The translations under genes and the position numbers were made by a program. Positions 21,329 to 30,847 of a stretch of 64,000 nt of DNA are shown piece by piece. The notes under the pieces are model-generated. The model saw only the letters and a list, made by a program, of their open reading frames with translations. It did not search any database and had not been told where the DNA came from. Origin of the DNA: an uncultured Bacilli bacterium (GTDB taxonomy: Bacteria; Bacillota_I; Bacilli_A; RFN20; CAG-631). Numbering within the stretch: the first letter of the stretch is position 1; each line of letters starts with the position of its first letter. Location: positions 73,725-137,724 of the forward strand of contig CANQFQ010000001.1 in the NCBI GenBank assembly GCA_947599835.1, written 5' to 3'.

Positions 21329-21398
21329 TTTTCTAGATAAATAATTTATACTATAGTATAAAAAGATTTAACTATAGGAAATTAGGAAGGAGATAAAA

Positions 21399-22079
21399 AT
21401 GATTACTGCGGTTATACTTTCTGGTGGTAAAGGGGTAAGAATGAAAAATGTTGTCCCTAAACAATACTTATTACTTGCGGGAAAACCAATGATTATGCAT
21501 TCTATTGAACGCATTGATAGTATTCCACAAATAAATGAAATTGTGATTGTTTGTGAAAAAAGTTTTGAAAGTAGTCTTGAACTCATGATGAAACAATACA
21601 ATATCACAACACCTATTCGTTTTGCTCCAGCTGGAGCTACTCGCCAAGAATCTGTTTTTTCCGGATTACAAAAGGTGAGTAATGATCTAGTGCTTCTTCA
21701 TGAAGCAGCTCGACCTTTTGTTTTAAAAAATGATTTTCTTAAATTAATTAATGAAAAAGAAAAAAATGTGACTTTTGGTTATGAAATACCTTTTACAGTA
21801 GTTAAAGGCAAAGAAATTATTTTAGATACGCTTTCAAGAGATGAACTGAAAAATATTCAACTCCCTCAAAAATTTGAAGTGAAAACATTATTAAAAGCTC
21901 ATGAAATGGCGCAAAAAAATAATGAAAAATTTACAGAAGATGCGAGTATGATTACAACTTATAAGTTAGCTGATGTTAAAATTATAAACGGAAATAGTTA
22001 TAATATTAAAATTACCGAACCGATTGATTTTCTTGTTGGTGAAATCATTTATCGTGAAATTATAAGGGGGAGAAAATAA
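21399..22079 (+). CDS. ispD: 2-C-methyl-D-erythritol 4-phosphate cytidylyltransferase (IspD/TarI family)
   Basis: AVILSGGKGVRM...PKQYLLLAGKP nucleotidyltransferase N-terminus. Called IspD rather than TarI because dxs, ispH and uppS are nearby, but this stays ambiguous. Confidence 0.6.
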   Translation: MITAVILSGGKGVRMKNVVPKQYLLLAGKPMIMHSIERIDSIPQINEIVIVCEKSFESSLELMMKQYNITTPIRFAPAGATRQESVFSGLQKVSNDLVLLHEAARPFVLKNDFLKLINEKEKNVTFGYEIPFTVVKGKEIILDTLSRDELKNIQLPQKFEVKTLLKAHEMAQKNNEKFTEDASMITTYKLADVKIINGNSYNIKITEPIDFLVGEIIYREIIRGRK

Positions 22080-22789
22080 TGCGCGTTTGCATCATGACAG
22101 GAGCAGGATCGGGAATCGGTAGAGCAGTTGCAATTCAATTAGCAGAACAAAAATTATATGATCATATTGCTATTCTTGGAAGAAATTTAGAAGCACTTAA
22201 TGAAGTATGTAAAAAAATGCAACCTATGGTTCAAACTTCCGTTTGGGATATTGATTTAAATTCTCCACAAAAAATTCCTCAAATTGTCGAACAAATTCAT
22301 GAAAAATGCGGTTCTATCGATTGTTTGTTAAATATTGCAGGATATACAGATCCACAACCGCTTTTAACAACCTCTTTAGAAAATATGGAAATGACCTATA
22401 ATGTTAATGTCTTTGCCCCTTTTCTTTTAATTAGAGAAACTGTGAAATATATGAAAAAAACAGGAGGTAAAATATTAAATGTTGCCTCAACTGCAGGTAT
22501 GACTCCTCGACCTGGATGGTTAAGTTATTCTTCATCTAAAGCCGCTGTTATTTCAATGTCACAAACATTAACAGAAGAATTATCTGAATATGGTATCAAA
22601 GTTTATTGCGTTTCACCGGGTAGATGTGCCACAAAACTAAGACAAAAATTGGCTCCCAATGAAGATCCAACGACAATCATGCAACCAGAAGAAGTTGCAG
22701 AGGTCATTTGTAATTTAATTTCAGATAGAGAAAATTGCTTAGATGGTCAAAATATTGTTATTCGAAAGCAAATCAAACCCAAAGGATAA
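22079..22789 (+). CDS. Short-chain dehydrogenase/reductase (SDR)
   Basis: TGAGSGIGRAVA cofactor motif and the YSSSK catalytic motif. Overlaps the ispD stop by 1 nt. Confidence 0.65.
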   Translation: MRVCIMTGAGSGIGRAVAIQLAEQKLYDHIAILGRNLEALNEVCKKMQPMVQTSVWDIDLNSPQKIPQIVEQIHEKCGSIDCLLNIAGYTDPQPLLTTSLENMEMTYNVNVFAPFLLIRETVKYMKKTGGKILNVASTAGMTPRPGWLSYSSSKAAVISMSQTLTEELSEYGIKVYCVSPGRCATKLRQKLAPNEDPTTIMQPEEVAEVICNLISDRENCLDGQNIVIRKQIKPKG

Positions 22790-22854
22790 ATCAATGGTTT
22801 ACCTATAGTAGATATTGCCGATTAAATCATTGTTTTTATTGCTATAAATGAAAA

Positions 22855-22890
22855 AATATGTAAGCCTATGCTTTAAAATGTATAGGCTTT
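22855..22890 (+). terminator. Rho-independent terminator after the SDR gene
   Basis: Hairpin aagcctatgc...gtataggctt followed by a T-run. Confidence 0.5.
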
Positions 22891-23069
22891 TCGTTTATCT
22901 ATGAAACCGCATATGTGGCTAAAATGGATAAAAAATGACAAAATAGGATGAAATAAGTGAATAAAGAATTTTTTTGCTTCCAATGTTCTAAATAAGAAAT
23001 CGTTTTTTATAGTAATTTCATTACAATTATAGTATAATTTAACAAAGAACATTATAAGGTGGGTATATC

Positions 23070-24935
23070 ATGATTAACCTTTTAGAAATAAAAAATCCAG
23101 CTTTTTTAAAAACATTATCCAATAAAGAATTAAAAGAACTTGCTAGCGAAATTCGTGAGTTTTTAATTCGTTCTATTGCTCAAACTGGCGGACATTTAAG
23201 TAGTAATTTAGGTGTTGTTGAACTTACCATTGCACTTTATTATGTTTTTGATTATGAAAAAGATAAAATTTTATTTGATGTTGGCCACCAAGCTTATGTA
23301 CATAAAATTTTAACAGGACGGGCAAAGGAATTTTCTACTTTGAGGCAATATCAAGGACTTTCCGGTTATATTAATCGCTTTGAGTCGGAATATGATATTT
23401 GGGAATCAGGGCATTCATCAACTTCCATTTCAGCTATGGCGGGTATGCTTTTATCTAATACGGTACCTTTACCTAATCATGTTATTAGTGTGATTGGAGA
23501 TAGTTCGATTACAAATGGCATTGCTTTAGAAGGTTTAAATTTTTTAGGACAATTTCAAACGCTTGCTCCTATTATTATTTTAAATGATAATAAAATGGGA
23601 ATTTCAAAATCCGTAGGTGCTTTATCTAAAGCATTTGTAAAATTAAGAAATTCTTGGCTAAATCGTTCGTTAAAAGCGACGTTGAATAAAATTTTACCGG
23701 CTTGCCTTACCCGTTGTTTTCATCGCTTAAAAAGAGGAATTAAGGGTTTTATCCAACAAGATAATATTTTTGAAGATATGGGTTTTGATTATTATGGCCC
23801 TTATGATGGAAATGATTTGATCTATTGCATTAAAGTATTAAACAAGATTAAAAACACAAAAAAACCAGTTATTATACACTTTTTAACTAAGAAAGGAAAA
23901 GGATATACTCCTTCCGAAATGGATGAGATAGGAAATTATCATGGTGTTTCGCCCTTTGATGTCGTTACAGGAAAGCCAATGATCCAGCGTGCTTCGAATG
24001 AATTAAATATTTCTAAGCTTGTTTCACAATATTTAGTTGAACAAAGAAAAAAAAGAGAATTTTTTGTAGTTACTCCGGCAATGAAAGTTGGCGCAGAACT
24101 CGAAGAATTTGCTAAACTTTATCCTTCTGATTTTTATGATGTAGGTATTGCTGAAGAACATGGCGCTGTAATGGCTGCGGGCATGGCAATTTCAAAAAAA
24201 GATGTTGTTTTATTGATGTATTCTACTTTTTCACAAAGAGCCTATGATCAAATTTTAAATGATATTTCTCGTCAAAATTTAAAAGTAATTATCGGTTTAG
24301 ATCGGGCAGGTATTGTCGGCGAAGATGGTTCAACACATCAAGGAATTTACGATGTTTCGATGTTGATGGGCATGCCAAACATTAAAATTTGTATGCCTAA
24401 AGATGCGCAAGAAACCATTGGTTTATTTAATTATGCTTTTGAAGAAGTAGATTCACCTATTGTGATTCGCTATCCACGCGGAACTTATAAAATAACACAG
24501 CCTTTAGATTATACCTATCGTTGTGATTTTAGCTGGGAACAATTATATCAAGGACATAAAATAAATGTAATTAGTTATGGTCCTGATGTACTTATTTTAT
24601 CTTCGATAGCTGCATCTTTAGATATCAATTTATACAATGCTAGAGGAATTAAACCTATGGATGAAAAGATGCTAGCAAAAATTTTTGATAATGAGTTACC
24701 TATTCTTGTTATTGAACAAGTTGTATCCAGCGGAACACTTTATCATAAAATTCTTGAATTTAAGGAAAAAAATCATTTTCGTTCTTCCGTGTTCTTACAT
24801 GGATTTCATTGTGATACGATATTGCCACATGGTAGTGTAGCAGAAGTTAGTGATGCTTTTGGCTTTAGTAAAGAACAGTTTATTCAAAAAATTGAAGAAA
24901 TTCTTCAAGAAACAAAATGTGTAAATGAAAAATAA
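23070..24935 (+). CDS. dxs: 1-deoxy-D-xylulose-5-phosphate synthase
   Basis: 621 aa with a TPP-binding transketolase-like fold: GHLSSNLGVVELTIAL, GHSSTSISAMAGM and the DGSTHQG motif. Confidence 0.9.
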   Translation: MINLLEIKNPAFLKTLSNKELKELASEIREFLIRSIAQTGGHLSSNLGVVELTIALYYVFDYEKDKILFDVGHQAYVHKILTGRAKEFSTLRQYQGLSGYINRFESEYDIWESGHSSTSISAMAGMLLSNTVPLPNHVISVIGDSSITNGIALEGLNFLGQFQTLAPIIILNDNKMGISKSVGALSKAFVKLRNSWLNRSLKATLNKILPACLTRCFHRLKRGIKGFIQQDNIFEDMGFDYYGPYDGNDLIYCIKVLNKIKNTKKPVIIHFLTKKGKGYTPSEMDEIGNYHGVSPFDVVTGKPMIQRASNELNISKLVSQYLVEQRKKREFFVVTPAMKVGAELEEFAKLYPSDFYDVGIAEEHGAVMAAGMAISKKDVVLLMYSTFSQRAYDQILNDISRQNLKVIIGLDRAGIVGEDGSTHQGIYDVSMLMGMPNIKICMPKDAQETIGLFNYAFEEVDSPIVIRYPRGTYKITQPLDYTYRCDFSWEQLYQGHKINVISYGPDVLILSSIAASLDINLYNARGIKPMDEKMLAKIFDNELPILVIEQVVSSGTLYHKILEFKEKNHFRSSVFLHGFHCDTILPHGSVAEVSDAFGFSKEQFIQKIEEILQETKCVNEK

Positions 24936-24978
24936 TGATTCCTTTATTGAAAAAAAGACAACGAAGGAATCATTATTT

Positions 24979-25842
24979 TTATATACTTTTTAAATAATTT
25001 ATGATTTCATCGACGATTTCCATAGGTGTAGAAGCACCAGAAGAAACAGAAACACAAGTAACATTTTTTAAAATTTCTGGATTTAGAGAAGCTAAATTTT
25101 CACATAGAACAGTGGGTATTTTAGCTATTTTTTGACTAACTTCAACTAATTTTTTGGTGTTAGATGAATGAGCATCTCCAACCACGATACATAAATCCAC
25201 TTTTTCTTGTTTTGCCATGGCTTCTTGTCGAAGGGTTGTTGCATGACAAATCATATCTTCGATGATTGCTTGTGGGAATTTTTCTTTGATTTTGATGATG
25301 ATTTCTTGCAAATCAAATAACGAAAGTGTCGTTTGATTGGTAACATAGATGGGCTTTTCGCTAATGTGTAATTTTTCAATATCAGCAAGACAAGTCACTA
25401 ATTGAATGGAGGCATCAACCCCTAAAATCCCCTCGCATTCTGGATGATTTTTTGTACCAATATAAATACATTGATAACCTTGATTGAGATATTGTTTTAT
25501 TTTTTTATGGACAAGTAATACATTGCTACAAGTCGCATCAATGATGGTTAATCCTTTTTCTTTTGCTATTGAATAAAGAATGGGGGAAACACCATGTGCG
25601 GAAAATACGACACTACCTTCATGAATTTGTGCGATGAGTTCTTGCCGTGTCTTCGTTTTATCTTCAATAATTATGACACCCTTTTTTTGTAATTCAAAAA
25701 CCACAAAATGATTATGAATAATCGGTCCTAATAGATGAATTGGTTTAGGAATAAGAGGGTCATTTATGGCATCATTTACAATTTGTAAGGCCCTTTTTAC
25801 ACCATTACAATATCCTTGGGGTTCAATTTTGATGATCTTCAT
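24979..25842 (-). CDS. ispH: 4-hydroxy-3-methylbut-2-enyl diphosphate reductase
   Basis: GYCNGVKRA, HN..VV, ATC.NV and TTLS motifs of LytB/IspH. The start codon is uncertain (25842 or 25857); either way it overlaps the uppS 3' end. Confidence 0.85.
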   Translation of the reverse strand: MKIIKIEPQGYCNGVKRALQIVNDAINDPLIPKPIHLLGPIIHNHFVVFELQKKGVIIIEDKTKTRQELIAQIHEGSVVFSAHGVSPILYSIAKEKGLTIIDATCSNVLLVHKKIKQYLNQGYQCIYIGTKNHPECEGILGVDASIQLVTCLADIEKLHISEKPIYVTNQTTLSLFDLQEIIIKIKEKFPQAIIEDMICHATTLRQEAMAKQEKVDLCIVVGDAHSSNTKKLVEVSQKIAKIPTVLCENLASLNPEILKNVTCVSVSSGASTPMEIVDEIINYLKSI

Positions 25843-26575
25843 GATTGATTCCCCCAAATCTCCGATTTCTTTTTTGATAGTCTAATAAAGCTTTCATTAA
25901 TTCCTTTTCATCAAAATCAGGCCATAAAGTATCTGTAAAATATAATTCTGCATAGGCTAGTTGCCATAATAAAAAATTGCTAATGCGATATTCACCTGAA
26001 GTTCGAATTAATAAATCTAAAGGAGGATATTCTTTTGTAAATAAATGAGAAGTGATCGTATCTTCATTGATTTCATCGACAGATAATTGTCCTTTTTGTA
26101 CCTCTGTTACAATTTCTTTCACCGCTGTAACGATTTCATCATAAGAACCATAATCAATACACAAGGTTAAAGTTAATCCACCATGTGATTGTGTATTTTC
26201 TTCTAAATCTTGTAATACTTGTAATAAGTCTTGAGGTAAACGATCTCTTCTTCCAATAATTTTGATACGAATGGAAGAATTATATATTTTTTTGCGATAT
26301 TTATTTAAATATTGAATCGGAGCTTTCATGATAAATTCAACTTCTTTTTTTGGTCTTTTCCAATTTTCAGTAGAAAAACAAAAGACAGTTAAATATGAAA
26401 TGCCTAATTGGTTGCAAACATTTGCAATATCTCGAATATTAAAGGCACCTTTACGATGGCCTAAATTTCTAGGTAATAATTTTTTCTTAGCCCAACGACC
26501 ATTTCCATCTAAAATAATGGCTATATGATGAGGAAGTTTGTTTTTATCTAATTCATCCATGATATCACCCAGCAA
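25823..26575 (-). CDS. uppS: Undecaprenyl-diphosphate synthase (isoprenyl transferase)
   Basis: HIAIILDGNGRWA...GHRKG... and the RTSGE.R.SNFLLWQ.AY.E motif of cis-prenyltransferases. Confidence 0.85.
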   Translation of the reverse strand: MLGDIMDELDKNKLPHHIAIILDGNGRWAKKKLLPRNLGHRKGAFNIRDIANVCNQLGISYLTVFCFSTENWKRPKKEVEFIMKAPIQYLNKYRKKIYNSSIRIKIIGRRDRLPQDLLQVLQDLEENTQSHGGLTLTLCIDYGSYDEIVTAVKEIVTEVQKGQLSVDEINEDTITSHLFTKEYPPLDLLIRTSGEYRISNFLLWQLAYAELYFTDTLWPDFDEKELMKALLDYQKRNRRFGGINHEDHQN

Positions 26576-26796
26576 ATTATAGCATTTTTAAGACATAGTG
26601 TCTATATTCCATAAATGAATCCAACATCTATTTTTATATGAGTATAAGCACAATTATATTTAAATTTCCCCTCGATATTTTAGAAAAAGAAGAGTTATGT
26701 CAATTTCAAATAATAGAAATAAAATGTTATATAAAATAATTACTTTTTTTTACTAGCGATAATGTTTTATAATGAAAGCAGATAGCAGGTGTAATT

Positions 26797-27543
26797 ATGT
26801 TAAATTTTTTCAATCCATGGATTTTATTTAAAATGAAAGTAGGAGGAATCATTATTTTCATATTTGTTTTGATTTTTCTATTATTTTGTGTGTCTTTATT
26901 CATTAGAAATTTAAAAGAACAAGATACGAAGGATAAAAAACAAGAAATAAAAAGAATTAAGCCTCGATTTATTCCTATTTTTGATGAACAAAAAGCCTTT
27001 GGAGAATTAGGAGAAAATGAAGTAGCCAATATGCTAGAAAAAATTAAAAGTAATTATGATCATGTCGAAGTTTTTAATGATTTTACTTTTATGGATAGTG
27101 AAGGATATTCTGCCAATATTGATCATATTTTGATTTGCACTGGTGGAATGTTTGTGATTGAAACAAAAGCCAATAAAGGTAAAATCACTAAAAATAGGGA
27201 GGAATGGATTGCAATAAAAGAGGATATAATCAAGACGTTAAAAGATCCTATCAAACAAAATCAAGGTCATATCAATCATTTAAAGAAAATGTTAGGTAAT
27301 CAGGCGCCCAAAATGATATCCTTAGTTATTTTTCCCGAAGCTGATAATCTAAATGATGTTAAAAATGAGTGGGTATATGATTTATCCTCTGCCTATGATT
27401 ATATTGTAGACAAAATTAATAAGCCGACTTATTCTTCAAATTTTGTCGATAAAATGGCACAAAAATTAACATTGATTCAATGTGAATATGGAATAACAAA
27501 AGAAAAACATAGTCAAAACATTACAAAAATTCATCACGAATAA
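26797..27543 (+). CDS. NERD (nuclease-related domain) protein with N-terminal TM helix
   Basis: N-terminal hydrophobic segment followed by an HVEVFNDF...DHILICTGGMFVIETK NERD-like core. Confidence 0.55.
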   Translation: MLNFFNPWILFKMKVGGIIIFIFVLIFLLFCVSLFIRNLKEQDTKDKKQEIKRIKPRFIPIFDEQKAFGELGENEVANMLEKIKSNYDHVEVFNDFTFMDSEGYSANIDHILICTGGMFVIETKANKGKITKNREEWIAIKEDIIKTLKDPIKQNQGHINHLKKMLGNQAPKMISLVIFPEADNLNDVKNEWVYDLSSAYDYIVDKINKPTYSSNFVDKMAQKLTLIQCEYGITKEKHSQNITKIHHE

Positions 27544-27698
27544 AAAGAGTGAATCTATTTCATTCACATTTAAAAAAACTAATTGCAAAAATTAGTTTTT
27601 TTAAATGAAAACTTATTTTATAGGGTTAAAAAGAAAACATTGAAAATAAACAACATGTTTTATGCTTTATCATCATATAATTTTTTAGGTGATGTGTA

Positions 27699-28718
27699 AT
27701 GAAAAGATATTTATTAATCGTGTTGAGTTCAATTATTATGTTTTTTATTCCATCACGACTAAATAATAAAACCATAGACCAGGTAACAGCAGCCATTCCC
27801 ATTTATAGTAGTAGTTATATTGTCATGGAAAGAAGCAATTATAAAATTGTTGACGGAAAAGAAATTCATAAAACACAAAGTGTCGCAAGCATTTCTAAAA
27901 TTATGACAGCAATTGTAGCAATTGAAAATGCCAATTTAGACGATATTGTTGTCATTCCAAGTGAAATCAATACCGTTTATGGAAGCATGCTATATCTTCA
28001 TGAAAATGACAAGGTTGCCCTAATGGATTTATTATATGGATTGATTCTTCGAAGTGGCAATGATGCTGCAGTTAGTATTGCCATTCATGTGAGTCAAACA
28101 ATTGAACGATTTGTTGAACTCATGAATCAAAAAGCAAACATATTACAGTTACAAGATACATTATTTAGAAATCCTCATGGATTAGATGAAGAAGATGGAG
28201 GAAATATTTCGAGTGCACATGATATGGCAAAAATTCATGCTTATGCTTTAAATAATCCTATTTATCGAGAAATTTCTTCTGCTAAAAAATATAAGAATTA
28301 TCAAAATAAAAATCGAATTTTAAATCTCTATGAATATGCGAGTGGAGGGAAAACAGGATTTACCAAAAAAGCCAGACGAACTTTAGTTACTAGTGCACTA
28401 AAAGATGATTTAGAATTAGTCATTGTCACTTTAAATTGTGGAAATGATTTTGAGACACATCAAAAATTATATCAATATTATTTTTCTTTATATAAAGGAT
28501 TGATTATTTTAAAAGCGGGAGCAAATTTTATTGATTCTTATTGTATTTTTGTCGATAAAGAATATGTTTTAATGGTTGAAAATTGCGATAAAGAGTTGCT
28601 CTTGCGTTATGAAATCGTAAAAAACAGCAAGCAATTAGAAATCTATTTAATGGATAAAAATTTTTATGTAATAGATTATGTAACCATACTCATTGATCAG
28701 CTACCAAGAAAAAAGTAA
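27699..28718 (+). CDS. dacB: D-alanyl-D-alanine carboxypeptidase (S11 peptidase, DacB-like)
   Basis: SISKIMT (SxxK), LRSGND (SxN) and GKTGFTKKA (KTG) motifs. Lies upstream of spmA/spmB, as in the Bacillus dacB-spmAB operon. Confidence 0.75.
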   Translation: MKRYLLIVLSSIIMFFIPSRLNNKTIDQVTAAIPIYSSSYIVMERSNYKIVDGKEIHKTQSVASISKIMTAIVAIENANLDDIVVIPSEINTVYGSMLYLHENDKVALMDLLYGLILRSGNDAAVSIAIHVSQTIERFVELMNQKANILQLQDTLFRNPHGLDEEDGGNISSAHDMAKIHAYALNNPIYREISSAKKYKNYQNKNRILNLYEYASGGKTGFTKKARRTLVTSALKDDLELVIVTLNCGNDFETHQKLYQYYFSLYKGLIILKAGANFIDSYCIFVDKEYVLMVENCDKELLLRYEIVKNSKQLEIYLMDKNFYVIDYVTILIDQLPRKK

Positions 28719-28730
28719 GGAGGATTCAGA

Positions 28731-29315
28731 ATGGGAAAAATCTGGGGTGGAATTATTTTTATTGCATCCATTTATGCTATTTTTACGGGAAGAGTAGAAC
28801 TTTTATTAGATGGAATCCTTGCAATTCCTGATGATAGTTTTGCCTTTTTAATCGTGGTGATTAGTTCTACAGTATTTTGGACAGGTTTTATGTATATTTT
28901 TAAAGAAGTTGGCATTGTTGATTTTATCTCTTTAGCCATCAAGCCATTATTTCGTAAAATTATGCCTAATTTAAAAGATGAAGAAGCCATTGATTATTTA
29001 GCAATGAATATTGCGGCAAATATGTTTGGACTAGGTTTTGCTGCAACACCTAGTGGATTAAAAGGAATTAAAAGACTTAAAGAAATTTCAACAATGCCCG
29101 AAGGGGTGGCAAGCGATGAGATGATAACCTTTTTAGTTTTAAATACGGCGGGTGTGACTTTAATTCCTACGACCGTTATTAGTATACGAAAAAGTTTTGG
29201 ATCGAAAACACCGACAGATTTTGTCCTATTTGCCATTATATCGACGCTTTGTGCATGTATTTTTGGCCTATTAGCCGATAAAATATTAAGGAGGCCTTAT
29301 CTAGATGATCATTAG
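28731..29315 (+). CDS. spmA: Spore maturation protein A
   Basis: Nucleoside-transporter/FeoB-like membrane fold immediately downstream of dacB and overlapping spmB. Confidence 0.7.
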   Translation: MGKIWGGIIFIASIYAIFTGRVELLLDGILAIPDDSFAFLIVVISSTVFWTGFMYIFKEVGIVDFISLAIKPLFRKIMPNLKDEEAIDYLAMNIAANMFGLGFAATPSGLKGIKRLKEISTMPEGVASDEMITFLVLNTAGVTLIPTTVISIRKSFGSKTPTDFVLFAIISTLCACIFGLLADKILRRPYLDDH

Positions 29316-29820
29316 CATTCTTATCATTCCTGCATTGTTAATTATTGCTATCGTTTTAGCATTTATTAAAAAGAAAGATGCCTACCACGCATTTGTAAAT
29401 GGTGCTAAAGAGGGATTAAGTATTAGTGTCGAAATTATTCCTTCGGTCATTGCCATGATTGCCGCGGTAACCATTCTAAAAAGTTCTGGATTAATTGAAG
29501 ATATTGCAACACTTTTAAGGAAAATTTTTCCTCGAGGAGATTATTTTGCCAAATTAACACCTATGATTTTTTTTCGACCAATCAGCGGGAATGCTTCTTT
29601 AGCCATTTTAAGTGATGTGTGCAAGGCAGATCCAGATGGTTTAATTTGCCGAAGCGCCAGTATTATTCAAGGAAGCACGGATACGACGTTTTATGTAATT
29701 GCTTTATATTTTACATCCATTGGTGTAAATAAATGGCGACACACCTTAAAAGCGGCATTATTTGCCGATTTTGTCGGTATTTTTTTAGCCATTATATTTG
29801 CATTAATTTTCTTTGGTTGA
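29305..29820 (+). CDS. spmB: Spore maturation protein B
   Basis: Paired small membrane protein overlapping spmA by 11 nt. Confidence 0.7.
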   Translation: MIISILIIPALLIIAIVLAFIKKKDAYHAFVNGAKEGLSISVEIIPSVIAMIAAVTILKSSGLIEDIATLLRKIFPRGDYFAKLTPMIFFRPISGNASLAILSDVCKADPDGLICRSASIIQGSTDTTFYVIALYFTSIGVNKWRHTLKAALFADFVGIFLAIIFALIFFG

Positions 29821-29907
29821 GTTTTCTATAAAGAATAGTTTAATTTTATTAAAAATTTGTTATAATAAATAAGGATAAATCTTATTTTATCAAAAGGTTG
29901 GGATAAA

Positions 29908-30732
29908 ATGAATTCTGAACAAGAAAATAAGACGTTGCAATTTCCTGAATATGAAGCTCCAGCGCAAAAAATTGCAAGTGATGGGATAATTGAAGATATA
30001 CAAGGATTTGAAGATATTGGATTTAGTATTGGAAAATTTATCCTTGCGGGGTTAGGACTTTATTTTGGACAAAGTCTTTTTGCATCATTCATTCAACTCA
30101 TAATTACACAAATTATTTTAGCTATGCATCAAGTACCGCATGCTGAAAATATTTCCAATTTCTCTGCCTTTCTTGGAGGCGTTCTTGTTTTAGCTAATTT
30201 TTTAATTATCATCCGAAAGAAAATAAAACCAATTTTTAAGGAGTTTACTAAAGGAAAAACTTGGGTTAGGGCAATTACCTATGTTGGAATTATGTATGGT
30301 ATTATTTATGCTTATAGTTTTTTAATTACGATTTTGAATATAAATAATACTACTAGTGCTAATCAAGATTCCATTAATTTAATGATGGCATTTACTCCTT
30401 TATTATCTGGCTTGTATGTGTGCATCCTAGCTCCACTGATTGAAGAATTTACGTTTCGATTTTGTCTATTTAGAGGAATTGCTAAAAAGAATCCCAAAGT
30501 TGCTTTAATTGTTATTGCATGTATTTTTGGTGGTATTCATTTACTTGCTAGTATAGCAACAGGCACATTACGGGAGGATTTAGTGACCTTACCTGTTTAT
30601 TTAGTGGGTGGTGTGGGCCTAACTTATGCTTATTATCGTGAAAAACGAATTGGCGTTTCGATTTGTGCGCATTTTATATACAATACTATTTCCTTTGTTA
30701 TGAATTTATTAATGACCATGTTGATTTTATAA
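29908..30732 (+). CDS. CPBP-family intramembrane metalloprotease (CAAX protease-like)
   Basis: EEFTFRFCLF (EExxxR) and FGGIHL (FxxxH) motifs in a polytopic membrane protein. Confidence 0.65.
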   Translation: MNSEQENKTLQFPEYEAPAQKIASDGIIEDIQGFEDIGFSIGKFILAGLGLYFGQSLFASFIQLIITQIILAMHQVPHAENISNFSAFLGGVLVLANFLIIIRKKIKPIFKEFTKGKTWVRAITYVGIMYGIIYAYSFLITILNINNTTSANQDSINLMMAFTPLLSGLYVCILAPLIEEFTFRFCLFRGIAKKNPKVALIVIACIFGGIHLLASIATGTLREDLVTLPVYLVGGVGLTYAYYREKRIGVSICAHFIYNTISFVMNLLMTMLIL

Positions 30733-30847
30733 TTTTGAAGGCGTTTTCAAAGAATTGTGTTTTTTATAAACGCAATTCTTTTTTTTGTTCTAAAAAGAAA
30801 TAGATCTACATATATATTTGAATAGAAATGTATGGGAGGTTACTTTG

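Noticed and set aside
21156-21344. 62-aa ORF MFYLKKENL... in the lipoprotein-ispD spacer
   Set aside because: It is Lys/Phe-rich with no RBS and overlaps the predicted ispD promoter. Most likely non-coding.
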